Source: Octopus vulgaris (lineage: Eukaryota). Taken from it: a stretch of DNA of 64,000 bases. The notes beneath the pieces are model-generated. The model saw nothing but the letters and a program-made list of their open reading frames with translations, was not told where the DNA came from and searched no databases. The first letter of the stretch is position 1, and every line of letters starts with the position of its first letter. The position numbers were made by a program, and so were the translations under genes. This document shows positions 40,028 to 53,931 of the stretch, piece by piece. The stretch covers positions 28,706,001 to 28,770,000 of the forward strand of contig OX597816.1 in NCBI GenBank assembly GCA_951406725.2. The letters are read 5' to 3'.

Positions 40028-40934
40028 TTATGTATATATATATATATTTATATATACATACACATATATATATATATGTGTGTGTGTATGTGATTGTATG
40101 AGATTGTTGAGATTGTTTGTGTGTGAGTGTATGTTTGATTGTGAATAACACTAATGTAAACTGGTTATGTGAAAGAGCTATACTGGCTCCAAGTAATGAC
40201 ATGGTTGATAAACTCAATCATGGACTTCTTCAAAATTTAAAAGATACGTCAGAAATGACTTTCCGACCAATTCACACTGCAGTCCATTAAAATCACGCTG
40301 TTCAATACCCTGTTGAATTTCTGAATACACTTCAACGCACTGAGATGACACCGCCAAACTTGACACTAAAGCTGGATGTTCCTATTATGTTGCTTAGGAA
40401 CTCGTTTAATTGTTACTTGCATGAAGCCCCAGAGGCAAAAATCATAACAGGTAATCACAAAGGAGAAAAAGTCTTCATTCCAAAAATTCCTCTCAGATGT
40501 TCCATTCGAATTTTTAAGACGCTTCAGTTTCTAGGTATTTCGTTTAACATTTCTCAGGGTCAATCCCTCAAGGTAGTTGAACTAAATCTCACTACTACAT
40601 AATTCTTCCACAGGTAACTCTATGATGGTTGCTCACGAGTTGGATGCAACAACAATTTATTCATTTGGACACCGAAAAAAAAAAGTATATTATTTAGCAT
40701 GGACTGCTTCAAGAATGACAGATTTCAGTTCTAAATTCTATTATCGTTACAATTAAGATATTTTAAAATAAAGTATAAATATTTCGAAATAATTTTGAGA
40801 AACTAAATATGCCTTCATATTTATTGTTTACTCATCTGAAGAACAACAGTAATCCGGGCAACGACGGGTCATTCAGCTAGGATGATAAATATAATGAAAA
40901 ATATATGAACTATAGTGCATTGCAGGATTTTGTT

Positions 40935-40993
<59 letters not shown>

Positions 40994-41311
40994 TTGGGAC
41001 GATGATATACACACAAATGTATATATATATTTGCGGATGTATTTATGTTCTTCATATATTTCGCTGATATTTATTGTTTTTAAGCTCCAATTCTATGATT
41101 TTATGATCAGATTAAATTTCTCCGAGAGCACACACCTCTGCACATGGTGTTTTTATAGAAACAGACCACTCCACAACCGCACTTATAAACGCAGGTACAA
41201 AAACACACACACACATCTACATATGATACGCATGCCCATAAACATACATGGCACTCCGACGGGAACGGCGACGAGTGTTCCAGTTGAGCCGTTCAACGGA
41301 ACAGCCTCCAA

Positions 41312-41540
41312 GTGAGATAAACGTGGAAGTGGCCGAGCATTCCACAGACACTCGAACCCTTGACGTGGTTATCAGAGTGATTCTGTGTGTCATAGAGTGA
41401 GAATGCTGGCCCTTTGAAACACTCATTCTTGCCGGCTGAGTGGAATAGAGAGTAATGAAATGAATTGTGTTGCTCAAAGACACAGCGCCGGTGGGAATCG
41501 AACTCACGACGAAAGAAGCGTGAGCTGAACACCCTAACCA
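41312..41540 (-). mobile_element. SINE related to family 3 (same head, different tail)
   Basis: ctcattcttgccggctgagtgga...tgaaatgaattgtgttgctcaa...gggaatcgaactc...acaccctaacca. Confidence 0.7.
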
Positions 41541-41989
41541 TGTATATCTATATATACAAAGACCAGCTACAAATCTTGCAAAACACAGTTTATTTGAGCA
41601 AGATAGTAATTGCAGTTACCTGACGATACACATGTACACCGTGGAATACACTTAAACCAGATGTTCACAATCTTGCCCACGACGGACCGATGCCAGATGG
41701 TTTGAAGCAATTATAGTGATCAACAAGTATTTGCGTATCTGCTATATTCTGTCTGTGTAATTAATTAAATATATTATACATATTTACTTGTGTGCCTTCG
41801 CTTGGCCCTTAGGTCTTTCCTTTTTTTGTCCATCGTACGTCCATTCACAGTCTTGTTTCCAAGTACTTTTGTACATCTTCCTATGTCCACTTCTGTATTC
41901 CTTGTTCATCCTTTATTCTCAGTTTTGTTTTAGTCACATTCCCTGCAGGTTCTTTTGCTGGTTGCCTCCATTATGGAAGGAATACTATT

Positions 41990-42190
41990 ATAATATTATA
42001 ATATGGAAAGAATACTATCGATAAAGGCAGAAAATTGCACTCCATCCCCTGGTCGATAACTGATGAAGACTTGGTGACCTTTTGCGTTTGTTCTCCACTT
42101 GTCTCTGCATTTTGAATGTGTTTTTCCACTTGTCCTTCTGTGTTGATTCCGCTTTTATATTCGTATGTTTATTACAATACGTGTTTGACT
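41990..42190 (+). mobile_element. Probable PLE 3' end with internally deleted HHR remnant
   Basis: ggtcgataa CTGATGA ag...acttggtgacc; ends at (TA)n. Confidence 0.35.
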
Positions 42191-42193
42191 ATG

Positions 42194-42281
<88 letters not shown>

Positions 42282-42300
42282 GTGTGTATATATGTGTGTG

Positions 42301-42352
<52 letters not shown>

Positions 42353-44599
42353 CTGTTTGTTTGACTATGTATGTATCTATCTACCGATCTATCAATTTAT
42401 ATATTTATCTAGCTAGATATATATATTGGGTTAGCGCATAAATAATGCAGTTTTATTTTCAATTGCATGAACGAAAAGTCGGAGAGGGACGGGATGATCT
42501 ACCTGCATCAACTTGTCAAAACAAAAAAAAAAACAGGTAGTAATTTTATCTCGTACTTATTCTTAGCGCAAGATATGAAGAGTGCAGTTCGATTTTCAAA
42601 GGAAAGTGCTAGGAATATTAACGTAGTATTTGGCGATAAATATGAAACCTGCACAGATCAAAACTTTTTAAGAAAGGCGTATATTTTTTTATGGAAAGCT
42701 TATGTAATTTAAGAAGAACCCATCAGCGGACCAGTGCAAATTTTCTATAGAAAGAAAAAGAATACAAAAAGCTCTTACTAAAACACCCAGGTGGAAATTT
42801 AACCTTGCCTGTGTAAAATCCTCGTTACGCTAAACAATTTTATTGCATCTAGTTTTATTTTAGCTTACTTTCAAAAAGGTTGAATCTGAGGCTGCAAAAA
42901 GGGATCGCCTCAGTACATGTATTAACAGATTTTGGCCCCAAAGACTTCAGGATTTCAAGGAATTCTTTTACACACAACATACCCTTATTTATATTTACTC
43001 TGAAGTACAGGGATCTCGAAATAACGGACCATTCCAGAGAATAACTTATTATTCCTCTTTAGATCGTGTAAATGAGATGCGAGTGTAGTAGAGCTACAGT
43101 AATTTTCGTTTGGAAACGAGCACGCGTGGGCCCTACATCTAGCCTTAAAATTTTCTGTACTACCTATATAAAACTTATTATTCGACTGAGCGGATATATA
43201 TATATATATTTATATATATTATATTAAATTAGAGAAAAAACCACTATTAGGCAAATCAAACATATATATACATATATATATATCGCGTGGCTACTTACAC
43301 GCGTATGCATGAGCGTGTTTTTCTTTTCAGGAATTATGCCAGTTTGTATTTGTATTGGCCTTAATTCTTCGTTTGTACATTTTCATATTTTTCGTTCTTA
43401 TCACCATTTATGCAATCATACGTATGTATTCTCAGAAAACTATGAATACCATAACCAAACACACGCTTGATTAATTTCACTAACATTTTCTAAATTCCCT
43501 TGTTGTTTGTTATAAAACTTTCAAGTAACCAAAAATCTATGTTAGAGCTCCTGTAAAAAGTTATCTTTTAACCGGATTATCCATTAGAAAGCATTTTATG
43601 TTCCCATTTCCTAGTCTCGTATGTGCCCCCCTTAAATATTGATCAGATCGATTACGTAAATATAAACCGCCCATCAATTCGATTCATATTTACAAGCATA
43701 TTTTAAGTCTACCAGAAAAATCTACCGTGTTAACATTCTCAAACAACGTGGGCCCTACCAAGTTACTCCTTCTTTATAGGAGTGCTTGAGGTAAAGGGTA
43801 TGAGATAATATGGGCATAAAATGTGGATGTAGGAAGTATTTTTACGTTGAAAAACTCAGAAAAAAAATGGCTGAGGAAAAGCTTAGATATAACGGAATGA
43901 GTTTTTATATGTATTATAATATTGTTTGGAATGTTTCCCTGAACAACATGTGATAGAAAATGTGATTTCACGAGAGCTGGCGTACGGACATGTGTGTCTC
44001 GATTTTGAACTGGGTCTGTGGCGAGAAGTCAAGTGCGTCCCACAGGCTACTGAGACAGCTATAATGACATTAACGGTCAACTTTTATTTTTAACACAGAA
44101 GTGATACGGTCGAAGCAAGTTGTTTCTGAAGAGTTGTCCTTTAACAATATTTTCGTCCGAAAGGATCTGTTTGAAGATCCATTTTCTGATACTTCCTGAA
44201 GATTACATGAATGTTCCAGCGGTATAATTAATAGATTAGTGACGAGGTGGGTGGCGGGTCAATCCCATTGATGATTCAAGTCATAAATCACGCTTGATAT
44301 ACTTGTACTTCAGCCCATAAACTATATGCATCAATGAGAAAAATTAATTAATCAAGAGCAAAATAAAACAACTGTTGTCTTCAAGAGCGGTGAAGAAGAC
44401 AATTACCGCTGCTTTTCCTATCGATATTTCCACAGCATTCTCAATCACAGACACTGGGATAGTCAGAATGAAAGTAAAACAGATTGTATTGTTTCGTCAT
44501 TGATGGCACCATCAACTTTGTATGACGGGGTTCAGCACTGGGAATGGAAGGTGCTCAAAGTAGCAAATCGTTAAAAAGGGCGTTAACACTGGGAAACAA

Positions 44600-44885
44600 T
44601 CACAATTGATAGGATAATATGAAAGAGCACTGAAAAAAACAACGGGCCTATGTAATATCAGCTGTCTGTTAAGAATGCCCCTTGATCATGCTTTCTTTTC
44701 CAAACAAGCGAAGAAAGGGGCGTAAAAACTAACAGGAGATATACATTAAGGAGCATATCTAAGTGAATATAACATAAGGGTAGAGGAACATCGAAAAGCT
44801 GTGACACGAGGGGATATTGATAAATCGGGCATAGCTGATCATGTATTGGATAAATGGAGACCACTTCCCCCTGTGGGATGAAGTG
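44600..44885 (+). mobile_element. Penelope/Poseidon-type GIY-YIG fragment
   Basis: RVEEHRKAVTRGDIDKSGIADHVL..GDHFPLWDEV. Confidence 0.75.
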
Positions 44886-45084
44886 AATTATTTCAGCAAT
44901 ATCTTTATGTTTTGATTATGGGATACACTGTACACATTCCGATAGAAAGTGTGCTAGTATCTCATGTGGATCATCACACATTTTACATCTAGGTTATCAG
45001 TCATGCTGATCTAATATCCTTCTTCAAATTCCACCGAAGTCGATTTTGCATTTAATCTTTGGTTGTCGAAAAATGAACAATCAG

Positions 45085-45176
45085 TCGAACACTGGAGTCG
45101 ATGTAATCGAATTAAGCCAATACCCTGATATTGCTTGCGTTGGGCCAAAATTTGAAACCACAATTGCTATTGTCGT

Positions 45177-45243
<67 letters not shown>
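45085..45243 (+). mobile_element. SINE family 2 tail running into (ACT)n
   Basis: actggagtcgatgtaatcga...ccaaaatttgaaacca followed by (act)n. Confidence 0.65.
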
Positions 45244-45245
<2 letters not shown>

Positions 45246-45805
45246 AACAGGATTTTTAAGCATCAACAAAAATACTTCATTAATTTAATTTCTTTATGGA
45301 TTCATGATTTCAGCTGTCAGCAGGAAAGATCTTATATTAGTAACAAACAATATTTTATTATTAAATTAAATGCGATAACGAAATAGTAAAAAAAAAAAAG
45401 TAGCAATGAAATAAACTATCTTTATCTTCCCAATTTATTTAAAATGTTATTCTACTTCAGTTATGCGCATTGCACTCGATGGACTATTAATCAATCGATT
45501 GGGAAAGACAAAAGCAATCACTTGAAACCAGCCATGGCAGTAAGGATACAGCATGTCAGAAATAGAAGTAAAAATATCAAACACATTATAAAGTGTCTTC
45601 TCTAATGAATCCTAAATTAGCTCCAGTTTCAAACATGCAAGACAGCATTTTCCTCGTTTCATATATTTTTAATGAATATATCAAGTTTCAAAAATATATG
45701 ATTTGATGATTAACATAGCAAACTCAGTCAACTGATACAGTCGAAGTCGATAGAGCTCATGCAGAGAAAACGATTCCTATCAGCAACTTAAATCCGGGCA
45801 TATAA

Positions 45806-45819
45806 GTTGCTATAGCAAC
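45806..45819. promoter_or_regulatory. Perfect palindromic RFX X-box-like motif
   Basis: GTTGCTATAGCAAC in apparently non-repetitive sequence; motif match only. Confidence 0.35.
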
Positions 45820-46015
45820 AGTGTCGAATAAGATTGCACAAGCCGTCATCAAACTCATCTCAATGCTGCCGCTGCAATATGAAGCTTATTCGGGTTCACT
45901 CCCTGGAGGAAACTCTAGTTGACTACCGTATATTTTATATAAACACACTCAAACGCACATACCTACTAAAACGCACACACACACAAGCACGCACATACAC
46001 ACATGCGCAACATAT

Positions 46016-46421
46016 ACTCTTTTTACTCTCTCTTTTACTTGTTTCAGTCATTTGACTGCGGCCATGCTGGAGCACCGCCTTTAGTCGAGCAACTCGACCC
46101 CGGGACTTATTCTTTTGTGAGCCCGGTACTTATTCTATCGGTGTCTTTTGCCGAACCGTTAAGTAACGGGGACATAAACACACCAGCATCGGTTGTCAAG
46201 CAATGCTAGGGGGACAAACACAGACACACAGACACACACACGATATATATATACATATATACGACGGGCTTCTTTCAGTTTCCGTCGATCAAATCCACTC
46301 ACAAGGCTTTGGTCGACCCGAGGCTATAGTAGAAGACACTTGCCCAAGGTGCCACGCAGTGGGACTGAACCCGGAGCCATGTGGTTGGTAAACAAGCTAC
46401 TTACCGCACAGCCACTCCTGC
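46016..46421 (-). mobile_element. SINE family 1, full length
   Basis: Near-identical to the other SINE1 copies. Confidence 0.92.
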
Positions 46422-46741
46422 GTATGTATATCTTTTTATCTTTTCCTTGTTGCAGTTATTAGACTACGGTCATGCTGGTGGCGGGCACCTCCTTCATGAA
46501 TTCTATTCAAACGAATCGACCCTAGTATTTATTGTCTTCTGGTAAAGCCTGGTTATTTATTATGTCGCACTCTTTTGTACAAGAGGAGAATTTTATACAC
46601 ACACGCACGCATTAAAAACGTCCCGTTACAACTGTTCTGAGAAATGTTGATTCGCATAACTTATATACAGGGTGAGACTGATACCGAAGTGATTGTTGTT
46701 GCTGTCGTCGTCATCATCGTCTTTGTTGTTATTGCTGTTAG

Positions 46742-46772
<31 letters not shown>

Positions 46773-47199
46773 AAAGAGAAGGAGGTTGTGGAGGATTAGG
46801 AGTGTCGCGTCACCGACTATCGCGGCGACGTTTACAATGAAACATTCGATGAGATAAATATTAAGAGTAACACAACTTAACAAGACATCACTTTGCACAA
46901 TGTCGGCAGAAATTTTGTTTTAAACCATCATTCAGCTCCACGCAATATGTTGAAGCTATTAGATTAACTTCGCAGATAGTAATTACAGTGTTTCTGTCTT
47001 AATATCTTAGATTTTTTTAATAGATTTTTTTTTTACCAATTATATATTTGATCAGACAAAGGATATATTGCATAACTCATGAACTATACTACCAAATGTT
47101 GCAAATTGGCTTGTATCATCAAAATCTCAGTAAATATATAATTATATTAGCCTGATCATTAAGAATTTCTTGATTAGGTTAGGCGCAAGAGATATAACA

Positions 47200-47598
47200 T
47201 GGCCTAGATTTTCATTTCTGGTTCATCAGAAATATAATATTGTGTTGCCTCTATCATTCCCACTTTTGCCACACGTTTCCGAAAACCACATTCGTACACG
47301 TAGGCACGGATGTTTGCATTTTGCATTCGAGCTATTGGTGCCTGGTTCACTTCTACAGTAAAACGTGGCGGGCAAGAATCTTCTAGTATACATATGTATG
47401 TGTGGCCTAGATTTTCTTTTCTGGTTCATCAGAAATATAATATTGTGTTACCTCTACCATTCCCACTTTTGCCACACGTTTCCGAAAACCTCATTCGTAC
47501 ACGTAGGCACGGATGTTTGCAATTTGCATTCAAGCTATTGGTGCCTGGTTCACTCCTACAGTAAAACGTGGTGGGCAAGAATCTTCTAATATACATAT
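47200..47598. repeat. Direct tandem duplication, 203-bp period, two copies
   Basis: 47200-47395 and 47403-47598 differ by only a few substitutions. Confidence 0.92.
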
Positions 47599-48008
47599 AC
47601 TCTTTTACTCTTTTACTTGTTTCAGTCAGTTGACTGCGGCCATGCTGGAGCAACGCCTTTAGTCGAGCAAATCGACCCCGGGACTTATTCTTTTGTAAGC
47701 CCGGTACTTATTCTATCGGTCTCTTTTGCCGAACCGCTAAGTGACGGGGACATAAACACACCAGCATCGGCTGTCAAGCAATGCTAGGGGGACAAACACA
47801 GACACACAAACATACACGCACATATATATATATATACATATATACGACGGGCTTCTTTCAGTTTCCGTCTACCAAATCAACTCACAAGGCTTTGGTCGGC
47901 CCGAGGCTATAGTGGAAGACACTTGCCCAAGATGCCACGCAGTGGGACTGAACCCGGAACCATGTGGTTGGTAAGCAAGCTACTTACCACACAGCCACTC
48001 CTGCGCCT
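47599..48008 (-). mobile_element. SINE family 1, full length
   Basis: Near-identical to the other SINE1 copies. Confidence 0.92.
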
Positions 48009-48125
48009 ATGTATGTGTATGTGTGAGTTTGGAAGCGTATGTGAGTGTTTCTATTAGACCAGGTGCACATCGCTATTGCCCCCAAGATTCGATACTGTCT
48101 CCACTAAATATTATTATCAATTGCA

Positions 48126-48361
48126 AGGCGTAGAGCTGACGACATCGTTAGCAGCCGGGCAGAATGCTCATCGGCATTTCGTACGTCGTTGCGCTCTGAG
48201 TTCAAATGCCACCAGGGTCGACTTTCGTGTACATCCTTTCGGGATCGATAAACTAAGTACCAGTAGAATACTGCTGTCGGTGTGATCGATTTAACCTTTC
48301 CCACGAAATTACTGGCATTGTGCCCAAACTTGAGAAGAATATTATTAACCATTACTTCAGA

Positions 48362-48414
<53 letters not shown>

Positions 48415-48430
48415 AACCACCACCACCACC

Positions 48431-48461
<31 letters not shown>

Positions 48462-48503
48462 ATAATAATAATAATAATAATACTACTAATACTACTGCTA
48501 CTG

Positions 48504-48548
<45 letters not shown>
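48126..48548 (+). mobile_element. SINE family 2 followed by (ACT)/(ACC)/(AAT) compound array
   Basis: aggcgtagagctgacgacatcgttagc...ctgagttcaaat...catcctttcgggatcgata...ttgtgcccaaacttgaga, then triplet array 48362-48548. Confidence 0.8.
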
Positions 48549-48725
48549 TAAAAATATAAAATAAACGGAAATAGTGAATGTAAGAATGACTCAAACATTT
48601 GTAAACAAATGTATTCTCCAAAAGTGAGAATACTTAAATATATTCCTATTTGAGCCGAATTCATACCACAATTCTATATACTGAGTATAGGAACGATTAG
48701 CCACGCAAGTATTTTCATAGCGTAA

Positions 48726-49397
48726 TCTCTATATATAAAACTGTAGTTGTGTGAGTGTCTGTCCCCTTCGATTTAGATTCCTAACTACTCCCACATTTTG
48801 CGGTGCAGTTTAACCAAATTCGGGTATCTTATAGTCGTGATTCATATCGAGCCCGTCTGGCTATTAGCGCGCGTCTACGATGAGTCTACGATTTTAAGAA
48901 TAATTTAACATCATTTTTTATTCCATTTTAATGCATATTTTTTCATGTGTCGATGGCGGCGGAGTTGGCGTCCACGCTCACGCCTGCACCTGTTTGCTTC
49001 TCCCCCTTCTTCCCTCGCTCGTGAAGCTGTGGGGAAGGAAGTGTAAGAAAATCAACGTCGTAAAGCGTTGTCAAGGAGACCAGCGTTCTTTTAGAACAAC
49101 GACTTCATGGCTTGAAGACACCAAAACAGATATGGCTAAGAAAGCGTCTACATGAGTCTACGATTTAAAAAAAAATTACCATCATTTTTTCCATTTTAAT
49201 GCATTTTTTTGCTATTATATAAGGGAAGTAACTCTCTAAAAATGTCTACGATGAGTCAACGATTTAAAAAAAAATTACCATCATTTTTTATTCCATTTTT
49301 AATGCATTTTTTTGCTATTTTTTTGCTTTAATTCTCTAAAAATGCTTATATAGTTATTTCCCTTACAAACCCGAGCAACGCCGGGCGATACTGCTAG
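48726..49397 (+). mobile_element. Complete non-autonomous Helitron
   Basis: A|TCTCTATATATAAAA ... cccgagcaacgccggg hairpin ... CTAG|T; three internal copies of gtctac(g)atgagtc.acgattt...aatgcat. Confidence 0.9.
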
Positions 49398-49989
49398 TTG
49401 TATATAATTAGGTAACGTAGGAAATAGTGCTTTCGCTGCAGTTGATTAATCGTGTGGCAAAAAACTACAGAAATAATGATAATGATAATTGACCTTATCA
49501 GAATTTATAAACTGCAAGAGAATGTGAAATAATTATTTTTTGAACGTTGAACCTCGACGAAAATGAAGCTATTAATAAAGAGGCGAAAGTATACGGTTAT
49601 AAAACCCTTCGATTAGTAAAAGTCGAAAGGTGCGTATGGAACATGAACCCATATCTGTAAACATAGTAGGGACAGCGTTCGTTTGTTTTATTCTTCAATA
49701 ACGCAATGTTTACATGCTATTATTTTTGGTTATATTTGCTGCAAGATACACCGTTTCAAAGAAGAAAAATAAAACGGAATTGAAGAAGGAGGAATGCATA
49801 ATAAAAATTTCATGATTAGTGTAATTCTTCAATTAAGGTTGCAAAAATATCACAATTTCGGGAAACGTGAAAGTCAAGAAGCACTGTGCGCTAAATGGGA
49901 TCAAAAACCACTGCATATGCAGTATACTCTCTGTAACAGAGAACCTGATATAGATCAAACTTGGGCCCATCTGACGAACTTCATGAATT

Positions 49990-51150
49990 AAATGAAGAGA
50001 ATATAGGATGGAAGAAGAAGTTTTGAAGGATTCACCCAGCGACTGATAGACGAAGCAATAGCAATCCGTAGGAACAACTGGATTACGGGAGTAGAGAGAG
50101 AAGAAATTCAGGAAAAGATAACAATAAAGAGCAGTAGGAGAGTGAAACAGCGATAACAGAAAGCTATTATAAATGGATAAAAGATGAAGATATGAAAAAC
50201 ATGGAAATCACAGAGTACTAGAGAATATAGATAAAGCAACTAATGAAGACGACCCAGCTGGACTTTTCAAAGTAGGTATTGCAGAAGACTTGAATGATGA
50301 AGAAAATGAGATTTTAGAAATGTTGCGAGGTAAAGTGTCTGATAGGAACAATGAAGTACCACCAACTGTAAGATATATGGACAGAAAAAATGAGGGGAGA
50401 GTAAATGAGGTTTTAAGCTTCATTAGAACAGAAAACACCAGTGAAATAAACCAGCTAATCATAGCTGCTAATATCGTAGCTAATATAGTAGGTTACAAGC
50501 GAAAAACTGAAGATATATGAGGAAATGAAAAGGAAGAACCAAACAGGAGGAAGAGAATACGAATGAAACCGGAAAAGACACGGAAAGAACTGGGTCAACT
50601 GAATAGAAAAATGAGAGGAGAGCACAATAATAAGGTTGTAATCAGAAAATTGAACGGACAGTACAGGTTAGGAGAAAGGGAAGAACAAACAGTATATGAA
50701 GAATTGACACAAAATGTGACAGAATAAAAGGACAAATTGAAAAATTGAAAAGATATAATGTTAGACGCAAAGGTTTCGCATAGAATAGACTATTCCAATC
50801 AAATAGAAGGCGTCTTTTTGAGGGAAGCCAACACCAGGAACTGATTCCAAATGCAGAAGAAAATACAGAATTTCGGAGATGGCTGCGGAACAGGGCGGTG
50901 AGACATGAAGAAGGGGCGGAGTGGCTAACAATGTTGGAAAAACAATATCTAACTGTGCCAATTCAGAAGGACATCAGAATTAATCCATATACACTGAAGC
51001 AAAAGTTAAAGTAAAAACAAAATAGCAAATTGGAAAGGACCAGATCCAGATGTAGTAGAAGGCTATTGGCTGAAGGACTTTAAATAGCTGCACAATTCGA
51101 AGACTGCCTGCAGCAAGGTCACTGGATGACGAGTGGAGGAACGCTGCTAT
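49990..51150 (+). mobile_element. R4/Dong-like non-LTR element, N-terminal/pre-RT fragment
   Basis: SEINQLIIAANIVA, RRKRIRMK..RKELGQL, NRLFQSN, NWKGPDPDVVEGYWLKDF (WKAPGPD motif preceding RT). Confidence 0.75.
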
Positions 51151-51954
51151 GCCTGAAGGATTCCTTGAAAGGGAACTTGGCAACTATAGCTCTGGACCGA
51201 CTAGTGCAATATAACTAAATATCTTTGTATTTATAAATCTACATTTGCATAAATACGGATACATGTACATACATACATATATGCACATACATAAATACAT
51301 CGCTCCACGAGCATATTTTAGGTGTGCGTGCTTCTAAACGCATGTTATTGTGAGTGAATATGTGGTTTGTTATGAGTATGAATATGTGTGTACATGTGAT
51401 TACTTTATCACTCAGATATTTGTGTTGTATCGACGAAGCTTTCTTTACAGAGGTCAGTATGCAATTCATGACCAGTTCTTAATACATGTAGCACTAAACA
51501 TAAGGATGAGTAAAAACATGTGAAAAGTATATATCAATTAAATAAGTGCCACACTTTGAATTCAATAATGTAACCTACATTTTAAAATTATTTTCCTTAC
51601 CACGAGGCATTCGTGACTTTTTCAACAAAGATGGTGTCACCAAAAAAGAAATAAAAGAAATGATTATGCTATACAAAATTCTATGTTCTCAAAAAGCCTG
51701 CGAACTCGCTCTCGCGCCCCCTCTCTCTCATACACACACACACACACATATTCATGCACCTACACAAATACATTTATACTTACATACATATATATATACA
51801 CATACATACATTTTACATATATATATTTGCATGTGCGTGTATATATATATATGCATATATATTAATATATTTATATATATATATAAGTATATATATATAA
51901 GTATATATGTATATATATATATAAGTATATATGTATATATATATATATATATAG

Positions 51955-51986
<32 letters not shown>

Positions 51987-52338
51987 AGTATATAGGTATA
52001 TATATATAAGTATATATGAATGTATAAAGATATATATATATATAAGTATATATGTATATATATATATATATATATAAGTATACATACATGTTTATATATG
52101 TATGTATATGTAGGTATATATATATATATATGTTTGTGTGTGTGTATGTATGGGTGTACATCAGCAATAAATGTACATGCATGGAATTGATTGTAAATGT
52201 CATAACCAATATTCATCTGTCTTCAGTAGTGATTTTTATTGATGAGTACGTACCATCAATGAGGAGACAAATACATGCATATGTGAGCATGTATATAGCG
52301 TCTATCATTTTAGATATGTGCATTTTGTGTATACAAGT

Positions 52339-53375
52339 ATGAAGTACATTCGGAAGTTTTGAGATTGTTTTAGGAGGAGCAGTTATATCTGCTATAGACT
52401 ATCGTGATTCTCCTGTAAATATAAGCTGACCGATATTTTAGAAGTATATTAGAAGTATATGACAGATTTAACGAGACAGCAGTAATAGCACTTTGAAATA
52501 CACCCTACTAAAACCTACTTGTCACACTCGGGAGAAAGCAGTTGGGACGTTGGGCAAAGGAGTTACAGAATCTTTTGATACACTCGAGATGGCTTATGGA
52601 TTAACTTGTATAAAGGCGGTGAGCTTGTAGAAACATTGGCACGCCGGGCGAAATTCTTAGCGGTATTTCGTCTGCCGTTACGTTCTGAGTTAAAATTCCG
52701 TCGAGGTCGACTTTGCCTTTCATCCTTTCGGGTCGATTAAATAAATACCAGTTACGCACTGGGGTCGATGTAATCGACTTAATCCGTTTATCTGTCCTTG
52801 TTTGTCGCCTCTGTGTTATTTGTCGCCTCTGTCCTTATTTGTCCTCTCTATGTTTAGCCCCTTGTGGGCAATAAAGAAATATGGATCAACTTGTATGAGC
52901 CAAGCACGTTTTTCGTTGATATAAGAATCTAGGCAAAGCAAGTCCACCAGTAATATTGTAATGACACTTTTTTTCCGATAGGGGCATCGTTGTTATCACC
53001 TATTGCCTTCCTTTTAATCAGATGGTCAACAAAGATTATTTTGTGGAGATATGGAGGAAGTTCATGAAGCGGTTTCATCGCAAAATCCTAGAGGAAAATG
53101 CCAATGCACCTATCCAAAATGCCATCCTGACAAGCAACTACTTGACAGGGATCAACTAAAAACTATCCCACACGTCCCTACTATCCAGAGCGTGCTCCCT
53201 GTAATTTAGTTTGCTCCCTAAGCTGAAAGAGAAAATGGAGGAGACCTTGTCAATTTCCTAGGCACTTTCACTAGGAAAACATTCGTAGAGAAAACACACA
53301 AGGTAGATGGAGTGCTGCAGGTGGTTTGAAGTCAGTGTATCCAACGTTGAATGAGACGAGAATTTTGTGATTGTT
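52339..53375 (+). mobile_element. Heavily decayed mariner-like element interrupted by a SINE
   Basis: LGKGVTESFDTLEMAYG HTH-like fragment; HTSLLSRACSL/PKLKEK (decayed HPPYSPDL...PKLK) near 53165-53235. Confidence 0.55.
52612..52879 (+). mobile_element. SINE family 2, full length with 17-bp TSD
   Basis: TSD tatggatYaacttgtat at 52595-52611 and 52880-52896; tRNA-like head, core gcctttcatcctttcgggtcga. Confidence 0.92.
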
Positions 53376-53493
53376 CAAGTTTAATATTTATCTATTCTGA
53401 AACTGTCTGAAGACTGCCGGTATGTATGTGGTATATCGTCATGATAAAAACAAATGATATATAAAATGAATGAGAATTGATGGAAAAATAGCA

Positions 53494-53560
<67 letters not shown>

Positions 53561-53792
53561 TATATATATGTATATATATATATCTATATATATATGCATG
53601 TATGTATATATAGCCAAAGAGAGAGAGAGAGAGAGTGGGGTACAGTGAGAGAGGACCAAATGCAAATGTGTATGTGTGTTTACAGTGAAAAAATCTTTAT
53701 TTATACTTCCTTCGAGGATATAAATTTAAAACAAAATTCTGGCGGCTGTATGATATCTTTCCAGGAATTAAAATTATTTTGTTTTTTGTAAT

Positions 53793-53793
<1 letters not shown>

Positions 53794-53856
<63 letters not shown>

Positions 53857-53865
53857 ACACAGGCA

Positions 53866-53927
<62 letters not shown>
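53794..53927. repeat. (CA)n microsatellite
   Basis: Direct observation. Confidence 0.95.

Positions 53928-53931
<4 letters not shown>

Noticed and set aside
46612-46640. cgttacaactgtt, possible stem III remnant of an HHR on the minus strand
   Set aside because: Only a fragment; core and stem II are absent.
48872-49312. Regularly repeated units resembling a CRISPR array
   Set aside because: Three degenerate internal repeats of a Helitron in eukaryotic DNA; no unique fixed-length spacers or cas genes.
49668-49990. Possible Tc1 5' fragment
   Set aside because: Too degraded to support with a recognisable motif.
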